From Anthoceros angustus (Eukaryota; Plantae; Anthocerotophyta), in the NCBI GenBank assembly GCA_010909165.1, contig MU008163.1:434001-498000 (forward strand): a stretch of DNA of 64,000 nucleotides, given 5' to 3'. The translations under genes were made by a program, and so were the position numbers. The notes below the pieces were generated by a model, which saw only the letters and a list, made by a program, of their open reading frames with translations, did not search any database and was not told the DNA's origin. Below, one piece after another: positions 25,181-39,030 of this stretch. The number at the start of each line of letters is the position of its first letter. Position 1 is the first letter of the stretch.

Positions 25181-28045
25181 CAACACTCTGTTGGATGCTC
25201 TGAAATTTCTGCATAAGAAATCACATCTGTGATGGGACCCTCCTCTCATGCACTCGTTTTTCAGCGGACTACAAAATAGCATGCGCTACTAACCACAAGC
25301 AAGGGTGAAACAGATGTTCTCCACGAATGGCCACCTAGCCTCATGTCATCTCGCAAAAACGAAGAAACATCTGGCCTCTGTAACATGGAGAAGACGTCAT
25401 TTGTGTGGCGAAAGCAAGCAATAAGATGGGCATCCCTCAATAGCACACCTGAGCAGATGGAGAACCCATCGAGGAAGCGTGAGCTGACACAGCCGATCTG
25501 GCAGCAAGGTCTCCAACCCTAAAACAACGTTCCACAGAGAGACAAGGTTAGCAGTCCTGCAAGTCGTGATGGACATATGTGTTTGAAGTGGGTGCAACAC
25601 CATGCGGTCTGCGCATGGTAAACAGGGATGCAACCCTGCAACTGTATCACTTGTGATGCCAGATGGCCAGGTGTTTTGGACAACAGCAGGAGGCGTTTCC
25701 TGGAGGGGTTCAATTTCTTATTTTCCGAGTCTGAAATTAGGTAGGCCGTAAGATAACGAAGTTATGAACTGTTCTCCTAACCGTCTGGTCCCAGAAATAA
25801 ACAAGGATCCTGAGCACTACCATCAGCAATCTTGAGCGTAGCCGCAGCCAGGAAAGAATCATGGATGGAACCAGCGCTCATCAGCTTCAGGCATCTGGCC
25901 TGGCCGGGAACAATAATCAGACTATTCTAGATATCCGTCTGCACAGCAACAAGTCCCGAGCTGGAACAGACATCAGTGTACTTGCTGGATACAACATCGA
26001 AATTGCATTTTTGCGGACCAGATGTATGCACGCAAGTTCGAGGCAGGTTCGCAACTAAAGCTGTTTTCAAGCAAGCCATCATTCCTACTGTATACACAGC
26101 ATATCAGGAAGCTGAAGACGGCGGCTGATTGCTGGTCAATCCAACCAGGTATTTCATGGTTGGATTGATCATCAATAAGCCGTCTTCACCTTCCTGATGA
26201 TCAGCTGTATACATATACCGAAGGAATTGTGGTTTGCGCAAGCTTGGGAACAGCTTTAGCTGCAAACCTTGCCTTGAACTTGCATGCATGTATGGACCCG
26301 GACAAGTAACTGCTGATGGGGGTGCTCAGGATCCTTTTTTTCTTCTTGGGAACCAGTCTGCTGCAGTACCCAAGCATGTCCACTTCAAGCACATAGTCTA
26401 TCACACTTGCAGGACTGCTAACCCTGTTTCACTGTGGAAGGCTGTTTCAGGGGTTGGACACATCGCTGCCAGATCGGCTCTGTCAGCTCACGCATCCTCG
26501 CTGGGTTCTCCAACTTCTCCTCAGGTGTGTTTTTAAGGCATATGCGATAACTATCTTATTGCTTGCTGTCACCACACAAATGACGTCTTCGCCGTCATCG
26601 TCACAGAGGCCGTCATAGTCACAGAGGCCAGATGTTCTTTGTTTTCGCGAGATGACAACAGGCTGATGTCCGGCCATCGTGGAGAAAAATGGGTCACCCT
26701 TGCTTGTGGTTAGCGAATGCTATTTAGCAATCAGACCTTGTAGAACCTGCAAGAGTGCATGAGAGGAGGGTCCCATCACAAATTTGATTTATTGTGCAGA
26801 AGTTTCAGAGCACCCAACAGAGTGCTCTACATTCTGGACAGGCGTCACATTTTGTTGGAACCCTTCTGTGATGGACTGTAGTGGGCTCTCAGAGTACACG
26901 TTTGTCACACGCTCAGAATCGTCCGTGCCCTACCGCGGGCACCTCCCATCTTTGTCTTCCATACTTCGGCCCGCCTTACATTAATCTGCAGCCCCCAGCT
27001 TGCAAGCAGAATGCGAAAACCCTCTCCTTGAGCTCTCGCTATTCCTGAAGCTGCCTTTGGATTGCTGTGCAAAACCATTCTCCTCTGTGGAGCTCGCTGT
27101 TCTTCCCGCTCTGCCTTGGACGACGGACTTGTGAGCAGGCCTACGGTTGCGCCTCTTGCTGCAGCAGTTCCGGTTTGCAGCCAGCACTGCTGGGCTGCGG
27201 AGGTTGACGCCGCCTTCTCAAGGCGGTTGCTGTGATGTCGGCTCGAGATCCCGCTTGTATGAATGGCCGCGCCTCCACAGCAAGCCCGTAGCCAGCCTTT
27301 CTGCAGCCTTCACGTCGAGATGCTTCCTTCCTCTGAGGTGAACTCCGTTCGATGCTCTGTTCCTGCCTGTTTCTGCCTTGCTCTTGTCTCTGTGTGCTCC
27401 GCAGAGAGTGGTGTGTTCCGCGTGTGTTAGCCTAGCGCTGCAATGCGTATTTGTGCATCCGTACGTATCGGGTTTGATGCAGCGGCAGCCGTTATATTAT
27501 GTCATGCCTACTGTGCTGCTTCCACTCCTGATCTGTTGCTGTGCTGAGGCCGAGGTCTGGGGCCCCAATGCATACACGGGTATAGATTGTAAAAACTCGT
27601 TCACGGTTCAGGTTGTGGACTGGTGTTGAGCTTGTGGACTAAAGAACTTAAAGGCAGGATTCATCTCACCAAGGGCATCGCTGCTAAGAAAAGGATCTAA
27701 GCGAGTCGGTGAGCACACGAGGAATGAGAAAAGAGATTCACTTGAGGATGTCTTCATTGATTGGGGTGCCCAAAATTGGGGTACACATACACTAGATGAT
27801 ATCACAACGTGAAGCACCCCGTATGGCGGATCAATGCCGGGATGGGGAACCATTCTTCCACAATCTTTCATTCATTCAAGCCCGGCTGGGTAACTATTTT
27901 AATAGAGTCTAAATCGATCGCCCAATTCACCGGTATGGTCGTAGAGTCGAATCGATCGCCCGGGCGTATGGTCGAGTCAAAATCGATCGTCATTCACACG
28001 CATCGCTTCCCTCGTATGTAGTTATTAGAGTCAAAATCGATCGTC

Positions 28046-28746
28046 GTGTATGTGTATCTCATGTCGTATCGACATGTACATGTATGTATCATCATGTCGA
28101 TCATCGTATTTTGTACATATCGTATCTGTATCTATCTGTGTCGTATACATATCGTATCTGTCTGTGTCATGTTGTATCTCGTGTCTATTATACGTCATCT
28201 GTATCTGTGTCAGATCTGTATCATATCATATCTGACCATATCTCGTATCTGTGTCTGTGTCTATTATCTGTCATGTCCATATCATGTCGTATCTATGTCC
28301 ATGTCTGTGTGTATATCGTATCTGTATGTCATGTCACGTGTCACGTATCAGTCAGTATCTGACATACGTATCGTATCATGTACTATCTATTATCGTATCT
28401 ATACATGTCTGTATCTATATCATGTCGTATTTGTATCTGTATACGTATCTGTATCATGTCATATCATATCATGTATCTGTATTATACATGTCTGTACTCA
28501 TGTCATGTCAGCATGTATGTCATGTCGTATCGTATCATATCGTATGTATCTGTATCATGTCTGTATGTCTATGTCTATTCATCATTCATCATGTATCATG
28601 TATGTCATGTCGTATCATGTATCTGTATCTGTATATCATATCTATCATGTCAGACCGTATCTGTGTCATGTCATATCTATGTATTTGTATCTGTATCTAT
28701 ATCTGTATCCGTATCCGTATCCGTATCCGTATCTCTATGTATCTGT
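28046..28746. repeat. Degenerate GTATC/GTATCT/ATCAT simple-sequence satellite ending in (GTATCC)n
   Basis: Seen directly. Other copies at 48952-49645 and, reverse-complemented, 58524-59300. Confidence 0.95.
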
Positions 28747-28809
28747 CAGAGAGGTTGAAGGCTCGTCTGAACAAAAAGCTCCCACTTAGTTAGTAAACGG
28801 ATAGAGACT

Positions 28810-29790
28810 AGTGGGGTATGCCTTTAACTCTGTGGAATTTCTAGCACTCCTGCTGCTAGTGTATGCTTCTCATGAACTAGCCTAGGTAAAGCTTTTGTGA
28901 GAAAATCAGAGTGTTTTCACTAGTGGGCACATAAGAGACACTTACCTCATTGTTCTCCACAACTTGCCTTATAAAAGTGATGAGAGATTTCGATATATTT
29001 GGAGCGGGCATGAAATACAAGATTCTTTGACAAGGCAATAGCAGTTATTATCATACCATACATTAGGTATGCTGTTTTCAAACCTTTGAGGAAACTTCGA
29101 ATCCACAAAATTTCCTTGGCAGCCTGTGTCATTGCTCCATACTCCACCTCTGTTTGAAGATAGTTCATAATAGAAAGTACATGCCTTTATGTAGGCAAGG
29201 TTGTTGTAACCGTTAAGTGGTTGTAACAACTAACCAATTAAATAACTACTAGAAGAAACTACTTAGTGCCCTAAGGACTAAATTAATCATTAAGTCCTAG
29301 GTGCCCTAGTGAAGAGTGCCCTAATAGTAAGCTATTTTGTGAGCAACTTACAAACAAGCTCGATTGGCATCTTCATAGCCCTCGCATGCATATATTTCCT
29401 CCTTAAGTTCCCCATAAAGAGCGGTGCAAACATCCATTTGATGGATGTCTAAATTCAACTCTAAGGCTAAGGCTAAGAGAACCCTCAAGGATTGGGTCTT
29501 GACTACGGGCAAAAAGTCTCTTGATAATCTCGACGGCTATAACCTTTAACAACAAGTCGAGCTTTATAACGCTCAATGTAACCATCAACATTTAAAATTC
29601 TTTTAAATACCCACTTGCCTAGGATGAGTTTACAACAGGAGGAAGTGAGACTAAATCCCAAGTATGATTTTAAAAGCAAAGAATTATACTCACTTTCTAT
29701 TGCGGCTTTCCATCGCACCATTGGGCACGAGTGCCTCTTGATAGGTAGCAGTTCACCGTCAATCAAAAGAGCATGCACATGAAGAGCCCT
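28810..29790 (-). mobile_element. Ty1/copia RT-RNase H remnant
   Basis: WKAAIESEYNSL, GKWVFK..ERYKARLVVKGYS, EYGAMTQAAKEILWIR and FHARSKYIEI. Confidence 0.9.
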
Positions 29791-30519
29791 AGTCATTTGA
29801 GTAAGGTCAAGAAATCAATACTGACATTAATAAAATCATCATTAAATGTTCTTCTAAATAATCTGGGGTATCTGCATTTCCATCATTTGTATTAGCCAAA
29901 ATATTTGTAATTGCCTGGGTACGTGTATGTAGTCGAGATATGGGTGGTTCAGAAGACCAACGAACGGGAGGACGGAGGTTCAGGGGACCAGCGAACGGGA
30001 GGTCCACGCTCCACATTAGCGAGCTCGGAGGACTCCCACTGCAGGGACCCATGGCCCATGTCCGGAGACCATATTTATATTGGCGAGTGCGTCGCAGCCT
30101 TATGCGCTTAGCACAAACATAGTCTCCACATGGTAGATCAAGAGTGTGTTTCTAAATCCAAATTGGTTGCGCAATCGTTGGTGGTTCCACATCTTGGCCA
30201 CTCACGCCGCCGAGCCGGGTGCCACACTTTGTGGGGAATCTTTTAGCAGCAGCAAGCTTTCATCCTTGCTATTCACTCCGATACCATAGTGGGGGTGGGA
30301 GGCGGGAAGGAGGGGAGGGGTATTTTAAATTTGGTGGAGGTTATTTTGTGGGGACTTGATGAATGCGTCCATTCCATAGCGCCTAACACCTCAGGCATGC
30401 CACCAAGAGCAGTACTAGCGAAGAGGCAACTCACTTGAGGATGTTGAGGTTTCAGGACTTCTGGTGAAGATAAAACACATCTTTTCCAACTCTCTTTGTC
30501 ATAATGTCCTGAAGAAATG

Positions 30520-31476
30520 TGGGTGAAAAGGGAATCTCTTGGACACGGTGCTGTGCAGCTACATCCCTGAAATGTGTTGGTAGCGACTCTTCAGGCTTGT
30601 GCAAGGGACCAGACTTTTAATCTGGACCGGACCCCAGGGGCATGCTGAAGTGTTGTCAGTAGTTTCTTATTGGACAAGTATGCAAAGTGCGGCAGCTTGG
30701 AAGACGCTCAAAGGGTGTTTGACGGTTTCTGCAAAGGATGTGGTGACATGGAGCGCCATGACAGCTAAGTACCTGTAACAGGCGCCTGAAATGAACCTTC
30801 ACGCGCATGAAAAGAACTTGAATTCTTAACTTACCACCCCCACAAATGATCTCCCTTCCCATCATCAGGTGGATCTGCCATTGAAAAATCTGGATGTGGC
30901 GCATATCTTCTTTCCACATCGTCGAGAAAATCTCACTCTCGGAAGAAATCCTACCCCTAACCGAAAACTTATATGTCACCATGTGTGTCCACCAGCTCTG
31001 GCCCGGCTGTCTTGCTCTTGTTTCCTGCATCTCCTGTGCCTACTGCCACATCTGGGAGCCGGTGTATGCCACTCAGGAAAGTGATGCCGTCGGGCTGTAT
31101 GCCCTGAGGGCCCTTCTCATTTTCTGAACCAAGTCGAAGACCTCTTCACTGTCTCCTTGACGGGTGTACCTTGCAATCAGTGCACTCCAAGTGACAAACT
31201 CTCTTTTCGGCAATCACCAATTGTGCATCAACCATGCCCCTGACTTTGTTTATCAAGCTGATGGCTCCAAGCAGATCAAGTAGAAGACCTCGGTCCTTAA
31301 TTTGTGCACCAAACTGCTTACCCATATGCAAAGGTGCCACATTTGCACATGCATCAAGTACGCCAACAATTGTCAAATCATCTGGTCCAACCTTGCCTTC
31401 CTCTTGCATCACAAGGTCAAGACTGAGGGCTTCATGGCCCATGCCCTGCTGAGAATACCCTCCTATCTATATATAT
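30520..31476. pseudogene. PPR pseudogene copy (plus-strand motif, then minus-strand body)
   Basis: Plus strand LDKYAKCGSLEDAQRVFDG..DVVTWSAM; the rest matches ~170-885. Confidence 0.85.
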
Positions 31477-31703
31477 GATACCTTATTATCCATACTCTTT
31501 TAATAATACGAATTAAGATAAATGAATGTGATTTTCTTGGTCTTACCTATAATATATTTAGTAGAATAGAATAGAATTCTTAATAAATAATAAAAAATCT
31601 TTATTCTTGTTAGAAGGTGGTTAACATAGCCATTGAGATACACCTGCAAGTGGGTCCCAAATTCTAATCGCTCCAATCGGGCTTCTCAATAACTTGTGAA
31701 TGG

Positions 31704-31897
31704 TGTTAGAGATTCAAGCATACGTTACTGCTACTCCAGGAGACGGATGGTCCCTAGATAGAAGGCCAACGCTAGGTGAATAACCTCAATATTATAGTAT
31801 ATAAATTAATAATTTATAGATAGCTTTACAATATACATAGTCCTTGCAATAATATAAGAATATTATCTATATCAAGGTATATCTTCATACTCTAACA
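31704..31897 (-). mobile_element. 194-bp solo LTR with a perfect 5-bp target-site duplication
   Basis: TGTTAGAG...CTCTAACA 8-bp inverted termini, flanked by AATGG on both sides. Confidence 0.85.
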
Positions 31898-33077
31898 AAT
31901 GGCCGACACCCTGCGGGCGGAAAATTGTTTTTACTTTTGCGCGGGACACTACTTTTGCTTTTGCGCGGGAGAGCACCTTGTAGCCTTGTATGCCATGGGG
32001 AGACAGTGAGAGTTCTTTCGCGCGACACTACCCTTGTACAAATCCTGTCCGAGGCCGATACTGTTGGCGGCGCGTTCAGAATTGTCCGTGCCCTAGCCGG
32101 CTGCCTTCCCTAATCAATCCTCCATATGCCTCCTTCCACAGCCATCGGCCCGCCTTGTGTTGATGTGAATCTCGCTCGCTTGCAAGCGGCTTCTCCTTGA
32201 GCTCGCTCTGTCGTGAAGCCATGCCTTGCCTTGCTGTGCAGAAACGTTCCCTGTGTGGACCTGGCTGGTAGTTCCTCGGTCTTCCTCTGCCTTGGATGTC
32301 GGTTTTGTAAGCGATCCTGCTGAGCCAAACACTTGCCGCAGCGGCACCGGTTTGTATCCAGCACAGCACTGCTGGGCATGCCGAGGATGTCCCCGCCTGC
32401 TTGAGGCGGCTGCTGTGGCTGTTAGCTTGAAATCCCGCTTGCATCAATTTCCGCGCCTCCATCCCAGGCCCGTAGGCCTGTCTGCAGCCTTCACGTCCAG
32501 ATGCTTCCTTCCTCCGAGGTGAGCTCCGTTCCATGCTCTGCCCTGCCTGTTTCTTCCTTGCTCTTGTATCGTGTGCTCAGAAGAGAGTGGGGTGTTTGTG
32601 CCTGCGTAGCCAGCAGCTTGAACTCGCATCCTTACCAGATTTGATGCAGCGGCGGCGGTTATGTTATGTCATGCTCGCTGGGCTGCTTTTTGCACTCGTG
32701 CTTTATTTATTGCTTTGCTGCGGCGGCTCGAGGCCGAGGGCCGGGTAGCCCCATGTCCTACACGGATGTAGTTTGTAACAGTGGACTGGTGTTGAGTTTG
32801 TGGACTTGAAGAAAGTTTTACACAGGGTGTCGGAGAATATGTAGGTGTAGGTTTATTCCTTCTTCTAGCTCACAGACTTGAATATGGGTGTTATCTTGGT
32901 TGCAGTTGCTCGTGTTTTGATTTAATCACTTCGAGCAGAAAACAAGAACGTTGTTTGCATCGTTCTTCTAGCTCTGCAGTTGCTCATGTTTTGATTTAAT
33001 CACTTTGAGTAGAAAACAAGAACGTTGTCTGCAGGGTTTGTGATTCGCTTGCTTGCAAGCTTGACAGCTTGTTCGCC

Positions 33078-34290
33078 ATGGTCCGCCCGGGAATCTTCAA
33101 GCTAAAGATGTTCCCATGCGTGTTTGTGCAGACGATGGCTTGTGCGGACTCTGCGGAGGAGGAAGGGGAAAGTTTTCGTGGCCCCACGAATTTAAAGGCT
33201 GCGGCCGGTGAACTGGGCGGAAGATGTCTTGCACAAACATATGTGACAGTCACCCTGCCATGGCTGGAGCGTCCCCCGACAAGCTCTGCAACAGCAGCAA
33301 AGTCGAGGGATAGGCGCCCACACTGGACAATAAATGACATGGGGCATATGCGTGTGCAGCCTCATGGCCAGGACACACGCAGGCAGGAGAGACGATTGAC
33401 CTCCGGGAGTCCGGGACCAGCTGGTGGGCAGGAGCCCTCGGATCGGTTAGCGCCTCCTCATCCCGTTCCTCCTCCTGATGACCATGGAACTTCTGACGCT
33501 GATGTCGTAGCTCCCCAAGGCCAGCCACCGAGAGAATTTTTCTGTAATGGTTATACAAAGAAGCAGGGCACATGGCCGTTGGCCTGACAGCGCGGAAGAT
33601 GGAGTTCAATTCCGTTACGGGTACCGTGCTGGAAGAGGTGGAGGAGCTGGTTTCGAACATGGTGGTTGCAACCAGCAGTCCGACATGGATGTGAAGGCCA
33701 GTCATCGGCTTCAGGGCGAAGCTGAGTACTGAGCACGGCGGGCACTGAGGAGACCTCCGGCGATGATGGCAAGTTCAGTGTGACATTGCAGGAGATAGTG
33801 CGGGAAGTGGAGGTTGTCAGAGAGTTGGACATGTTGGATCCGGTGCTTGCAGCTGCTCCATTTTCACATGAGATCGTAGATCCAGGGGCACAACGCTCCG
33901 GGGCTCAGCGCGTTGTGAGGGAGGGGTTGGTGAAGCAGCTCACCTTTCCTTTTCTTGCGAGGTGGCCTTTGATGGCAGCTCTCGAGCCTCATCAGCATCG
34001 TCGTGGGTAGTGGGGGCTAGGGTGGCTACGACGTTCTCATTACGAGAACACTGACATCTCCATTGGATATAGAGTGGAGGAGTACGCCGAGGAGGTGGTG
34101 GCTGAGGCCATCCGAGCTGAAGAATGTATACAGCCAGCCCACTCTGCGTTATGAAACTTGGGCGGGCCCTGGTGTCGTATCAGTCGGCCTTGTTTTGCAT
34201 GTACTTGCGGGCAACATGAGGGATCAGGTGTCCACGGAGGTATTGCTGGGTTTACTCAGTGAACCCCACCTCTTCAGCACCGGAGCTGTC
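33078..34290 (+). pseudogene. ADC: Arginine decarboxylase pseudogene, copy e (plus strand, N-terminal half)
   Basis: INDMGHMRVQPHG (cf. ADC VNSSGNISVRPHG), FCNGY, GFRAKLSTEHGGH, GKFSVT and DISIGYRVEEYAEEVV. Confidence 0.9.
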
Positions 34291-37200
34291 CCTGCTCTTG
34301 CAATTCGAGGATTAGCTGCGAAATCCAACGGTGTAGGTTCCTTCCTCCACCACTTTGGACGACCGCGACAGCGACGAAGCATTGGCACATCTGCGGCTCC
34401 TGTAGAGCTCGTGTTGCTAGCCTGAGCTCCAGCTGCCGTCGCATCCTCGGAGCTGGGCGCCGCAGCTCCTGGATCTTGGCAGGCCTGGCGGACCCCTTGC
34501 GCCTCGGGGGCATTCAGTACGTAGAGCTCTCCACCACCCACTGCAGATGAGATGCCCAGAAGCGCGCCCTCACTTCCCACAAGCTCCACAGCAACCCAGC
34601 TCTAGCTCTGCCGGAGAACAAAAAGAAAAACCCAGCACCTCGGCCCTGCTTACGGCTGCAATCACTTCCTCCAAACCTGCAGGTTGACAGCTCCAGTGTT
34701 GAAGAGATGGGTTCACTTAGTAAACCCAGCAATACCTCTGTGGACACCTGATCCCCTCATGTTGCCCGCAAGTACATGCAACATGTCCAACTCTCTGACA
34801 ACCTCCACTTCCACTATCTCCGGCAATGTCACACTGAACTTGCCATCATCGCCGGAGGTCTCCTCAGTGCCCGCCGTGCTCAGTACTCAGCTTCGCCCTG
34901 AAGCCGATGACTGGCCTTCACATCCATGTCAGGTGCTGGTTGCAACCACCATGTTCGAAACCAGCTCCTCCACCTCTTCCAGCATGGTACCCGTAACGGA
35001 ATTGAACTCCATCTTCCGGGCTGTCAGGCCAACGGCCATGTGCTCTGCTTCTTTGTATAACCATTACAGAAAAATTCTCTCGGTGGCTGGCCTTGGGGAG
35101 CTACGACATCAGCGTCAAGTTCCATGGTCATGAGGAGGAGGAACGGGATGAGGAGGCGCTAACTGATCCGAGGGCTCCTGCCCACCAGCTGGTCCTGACT
35201 CCCGGAGGTCAGTCGTCTCTCCTGCCTGCGTGTGTCCTGGCCATGAGGCTGCACACGCATATGCCCCATGTCATTTATTGTCCAGTGTGGGCGCCTATCC
35301 TCGACTTTTGCTGTTGCAGAGCTTGTCGGGGGACGAACAAATGTCAAGCTTGCAAGCAAGCGAATCACAAACCCTGCAGACAACGTTCTTGTTTTCTACT
35401 CAAAGTGATTAAATCAAAACATGAGCAACTGCAGAGCTAGAAGAACGATGCAAACAACGTTCTTGTTTTCTGCTCGACGTGATTAAATCAAAACACGAGC
35501 AACTGCAACCAAGATAACACCCATATTCCAAGTCTGTGAGCTAGAAGGGAATAAACCTACACCTACATATTCTCCGACACCTGTGTGTAAAACTTCTTCA
35601 AGTCCAGAAACTCAACACCAGTCCACTGTTACAAACTACATCCGTGTAGGACACGGGGCTACCTGGCCCTCGGCCTCGAGCCGCCGCAGCAAAGCAATAA
35701 ATAAAGCACGAGTGCAAAAGCAGCCCAAGCGACATGACCGCCGCCGCTGCATCAAATCTGGTAAGGATGCGAGTTCAAGCTTCTGGACGTAAGGCTGCAG
35801 ACAGGCCTACGGGCCTGCGATGGAGGCGCGGACATTGATGCAAGCGGGATTTCAAGCTAACAGCCACAGCAGCCGCCTCAAGCAGGCGGGGACATCCTCG
35901 GCATGCCCAGCAGTGCTGTGCTGGATACAAACCGGTGCCGCTGCGGCAAGTGCTTGCAAGGCTCAGCAGGATCGCTTACAAAACCGACATCCAAGGCAGA
36001 GGAAGACCGAGGAACTACCAGCCAGGTCCACACAGGAACGTTTCTGCACAGCAAGGCAGGCATTGCTTCATGACAGAGCGAGCTCAAGGAGAAGCCGCTT
36101 GCAAGCGAGCGAGATGCACATCAACACAAGGCGGGCCGATCGCTGTGGAAGGAGGCCTATGGAGGATTGATTAGGGAAGGCAGCCGGCTAGGCACGGACA
36201 ATTCTGAACGCGCCGCCAACCGTATTCGGCCTCGGACAGGATATGTACAGTAGTGTCGCGCGGAAGAACTCTCACTTCTGTCTCCTATGGCATACAAGGC
36301 TACAAGTGCTCTCCGCGCAAAAGCAGAAGTAGTGTCCGCGCAAAAGTAAAACAATTTTCCGCCCGCCGGGTGTCGGCCATTGTTAGAGTATGAAGATATA
36401 CCTTGATATAGATAATATTCTTATATTATTTCAAGGAATATATATATATTACAAAACTATCTATAAATTATTAATTTATATACTATAATATTGAGGTTAT
36501 TCACCTAGCGTTGGCCTTCTATCTAGGGACCATCTACTGCTGTAATGCATGAAGAGCATAGTTGTCCATGGCCATATTAGGTTACTGGCAGTCTCGATCT
36601 TTGAAGTACTAAGCGAGGTTTGGATAAGCCTCCAAAATAGGCTTATCACTTAAACATATACTTATAAGCCTGTAAAATAAAACTGCGGCTAACTTCGAAG
36701 CCACAAAACAAATAGAAGAACTAGAACTAATAAATCCTAATCCCAATAGCAAAAATCGGTGAGCAAACATTAGCAAAGGAACTAGAGTTTGCACCTAGCG
36801 ATTAAAACCAAACCACCGAGAAGCAAATTGGTTGGAGATCTTTGGTCTCGAGATTGGTGAGGAGGAGGATGGATCATCTTCCTCGTCGTCGAGACATTGG
36901 TTGAACTTGATCTCCATCGATTCACCCGGAGATGGTGAGTCCGGATCACCATCACGGACAATCACCTCATCAATGTGGTAGGGGCGTGGGCGAGTTGCCA
37001 ACTTGCATCTTGATATGTGCATGTTCACCAAATGACGCCCTTTGTCTCTCCCCTATGACTCGCCTTGTCCGGGGCAACCGCACAGCACTCTTCACATGGT
37101 AGCCCCAAGCCTAACACATCTAATGGGCAATGTCAAACAACTCTCACACTACAATCTTACACAAAATGCCGTCTTGCACTTGTTTGCATCTTCTATGATA

Positions 37201-39030
37201 ATTTGATCCCCAAAATGCCGTCTTGCACTTGTTTGCATCTTCTATGATAATTTGATCCACCAAAATGCCGTCTTGCACTTGTTTGCATCTTCTATGATAA
37301 TTTGATCACGCCCCAAAATGCCGTCTTGCACTTGTTTGCATCTTCTATGATAATTTGATTGAATCACGAGCGAAGTCGAGTGTGGTAAAATATTTAACCT
37401 TGACAATGAAGTCGAAAATTTCATTTGGCGTCGGCATCAGTACCTTTCCATCGGTGTCACCTCATTCAAGGGCCGATAGTCCCCACATCCTGTGAACTTT
37501 CCTCACCATTCTCATCCTTCTTTAAAGATACATTTATGGTATGCATGTCACGAGTCCGACTTCACGATCGAAAATTTCATTTGGTCGGCATCAGTACCTT
37601 TCATCGGTGTCACCTCATTCAAGGGCCGATAGTCCCACATCACAGAACTTTCCACTCACCATTCTCATCCTTCTTTAAAAGTCGACGGTAGCTGCATATT
37701 GCGAGTCCGACTTCACATCATCCACATCATGCAATTCCTTATACCGCTTCTCTACCACATCCCACTCAAGAGGACTCAACTGTAGCGTCTTGGAAGATGG
37801 GCTCTGGGTGGTGGTCGCGATCTTGAACTTGAACGGGGCTCTTGCATTCCGGTTGAATGCAAGAGCCCCGGTGATCAGCATTTCCACGATCTTGACTTGA
37901 TCTTCCTCGCTGATCGCGGATATCTTCCATACATGGACAATCTTGGTCACCGTCTTGCTTTTACCTCCATAGCCATCTCGCCCTTTGGGGTGCAAGTTTT
38001 CTTGTCTAGAACTGGTGAATATCCTCATCTATGTCAGCAGTAACCAGCTGCGTTTGCGCCCTTTGCAAAGGGCCAGCTACACTGATCCTATACTCACAAG
38101 CCATCTCATGCAAAACATGTCAAATGCCTGCCCTAACAACTTTTTCTTGTAAGCATCCCTAATTCCCATACTTTGAGTGTCACCTGTGACAAATCCATGG
38201 CAACCTCCACTCACCTTGGGGTTCATACCAAGACCCCAAGAAGAAGAACCCCAAGGTTTCGCAAGGCAGCTTTGATCGTCTGACGGCCATTGTTTCCCTT
38301 ACCCACACTTGTCACTCCTGATTGATGAACATAATTGGGTTCTGCGGATGTATGCACGCAAGGTCAAGGCAAGGTTTGCAACTAAAGCTTCTACCAAAAG
38401 CTCAAATTCCTACAGTATATGCAGGTTATCAGGAAGCTGAAGACGGCTGATTGTTGATCAATCCAACCACTAAACTAAATACGTGGTTGGATTGATCAGC
38501 CAGAGCCTTCCGGCAGTTAACTAGATCTACAGCAAAGCAGACCTGTCCAAGTGAACAGTCCAAGTCTGCAAAGTTCGCTGGCTTCTGCTTGCTAGAATAA
38601 GAGTCTGACCTAGCCAGCTCACATACAATGCGCCGCCTCAAAACTCCCTCCGCACCTCACAATGCTCACCCTTGGGGCGGTGCGAACCGATGTAAAGTGG
38701 AGCATACTTTTCACATCTGTAGAGCCGTATCCGGGTGCTTACATGGTCGTTGCAGAGGTAGGTCGAGGAGCTAAAGTTGAGATCTAGGCCTGTCCAGAGT
38801 GGAGCCCCATACGAACCCCAAGGTTTTCATGAGGCAGCTTTGATAGTTTGAAGTCCATTGTTTCCCTTACCCCACACTTGTCACTCCTGATTGATGAACA
38901 TAATTGGGTGCTGCGGATGTATGCACGCAAGTTCAAGGCAAGGTTTGCAACTAAAGCTTCTACCAAGCAAGCTCAAATTCCTACAGTATATGCAGGTTAT
39001 CAGGAAGCTGAAGACGGCTGATTGCTGATC
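34284..39030 (+). repeat. Direct segmental duplication of ~3110-8040 (ADC copy f, upstream module, LTR, gypsy-DNMT, 3' region)
   Basis: Colinear match including the shared deletions and the 4x RT repeat. Confidence 0.9.
36950..38228 (-). mobile_element. Second copy of the Ty3/gypsy RT remnant, with DNMT-like segment at ~38085-38228
   Basis: LSPLEWDVVEKRYKELHD, KCKTAFW and KKKLLGQAFDMFCMRWL. Confidence 0.85.

Larger units (their letters stand above)
26131..30412 (-). repeat. Inverted segmental copy of ~56826-61256
   Basis: Colinear reverse-complement match through the ADC-flank modules, satellite and copia remnant. Confidence 0.9.

Noticed and set aside
28046-28793. Long Tyr/Ile/Cys/Ser-rich ORFs (also 48678-49693 and 58378-59298)
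   Set aside because: They are translations of a stop-poor simple repeat, open in several frames and not conserved between copies.
31900-32030. E2F-like GC boxes upstream of the ADC leader
   Set aside because: Only one canonical TTTCGCGC is present, and its recurrence just reflects duplication.
33069-33587. Intact or programmed-frameshift ADC gene
   Set aside because: It has large shared deletions (the PLP-lysine YPVK motif is not seen) and is truncated by the inversion, so it cannot encode a full enzyme even if some indels are errors.
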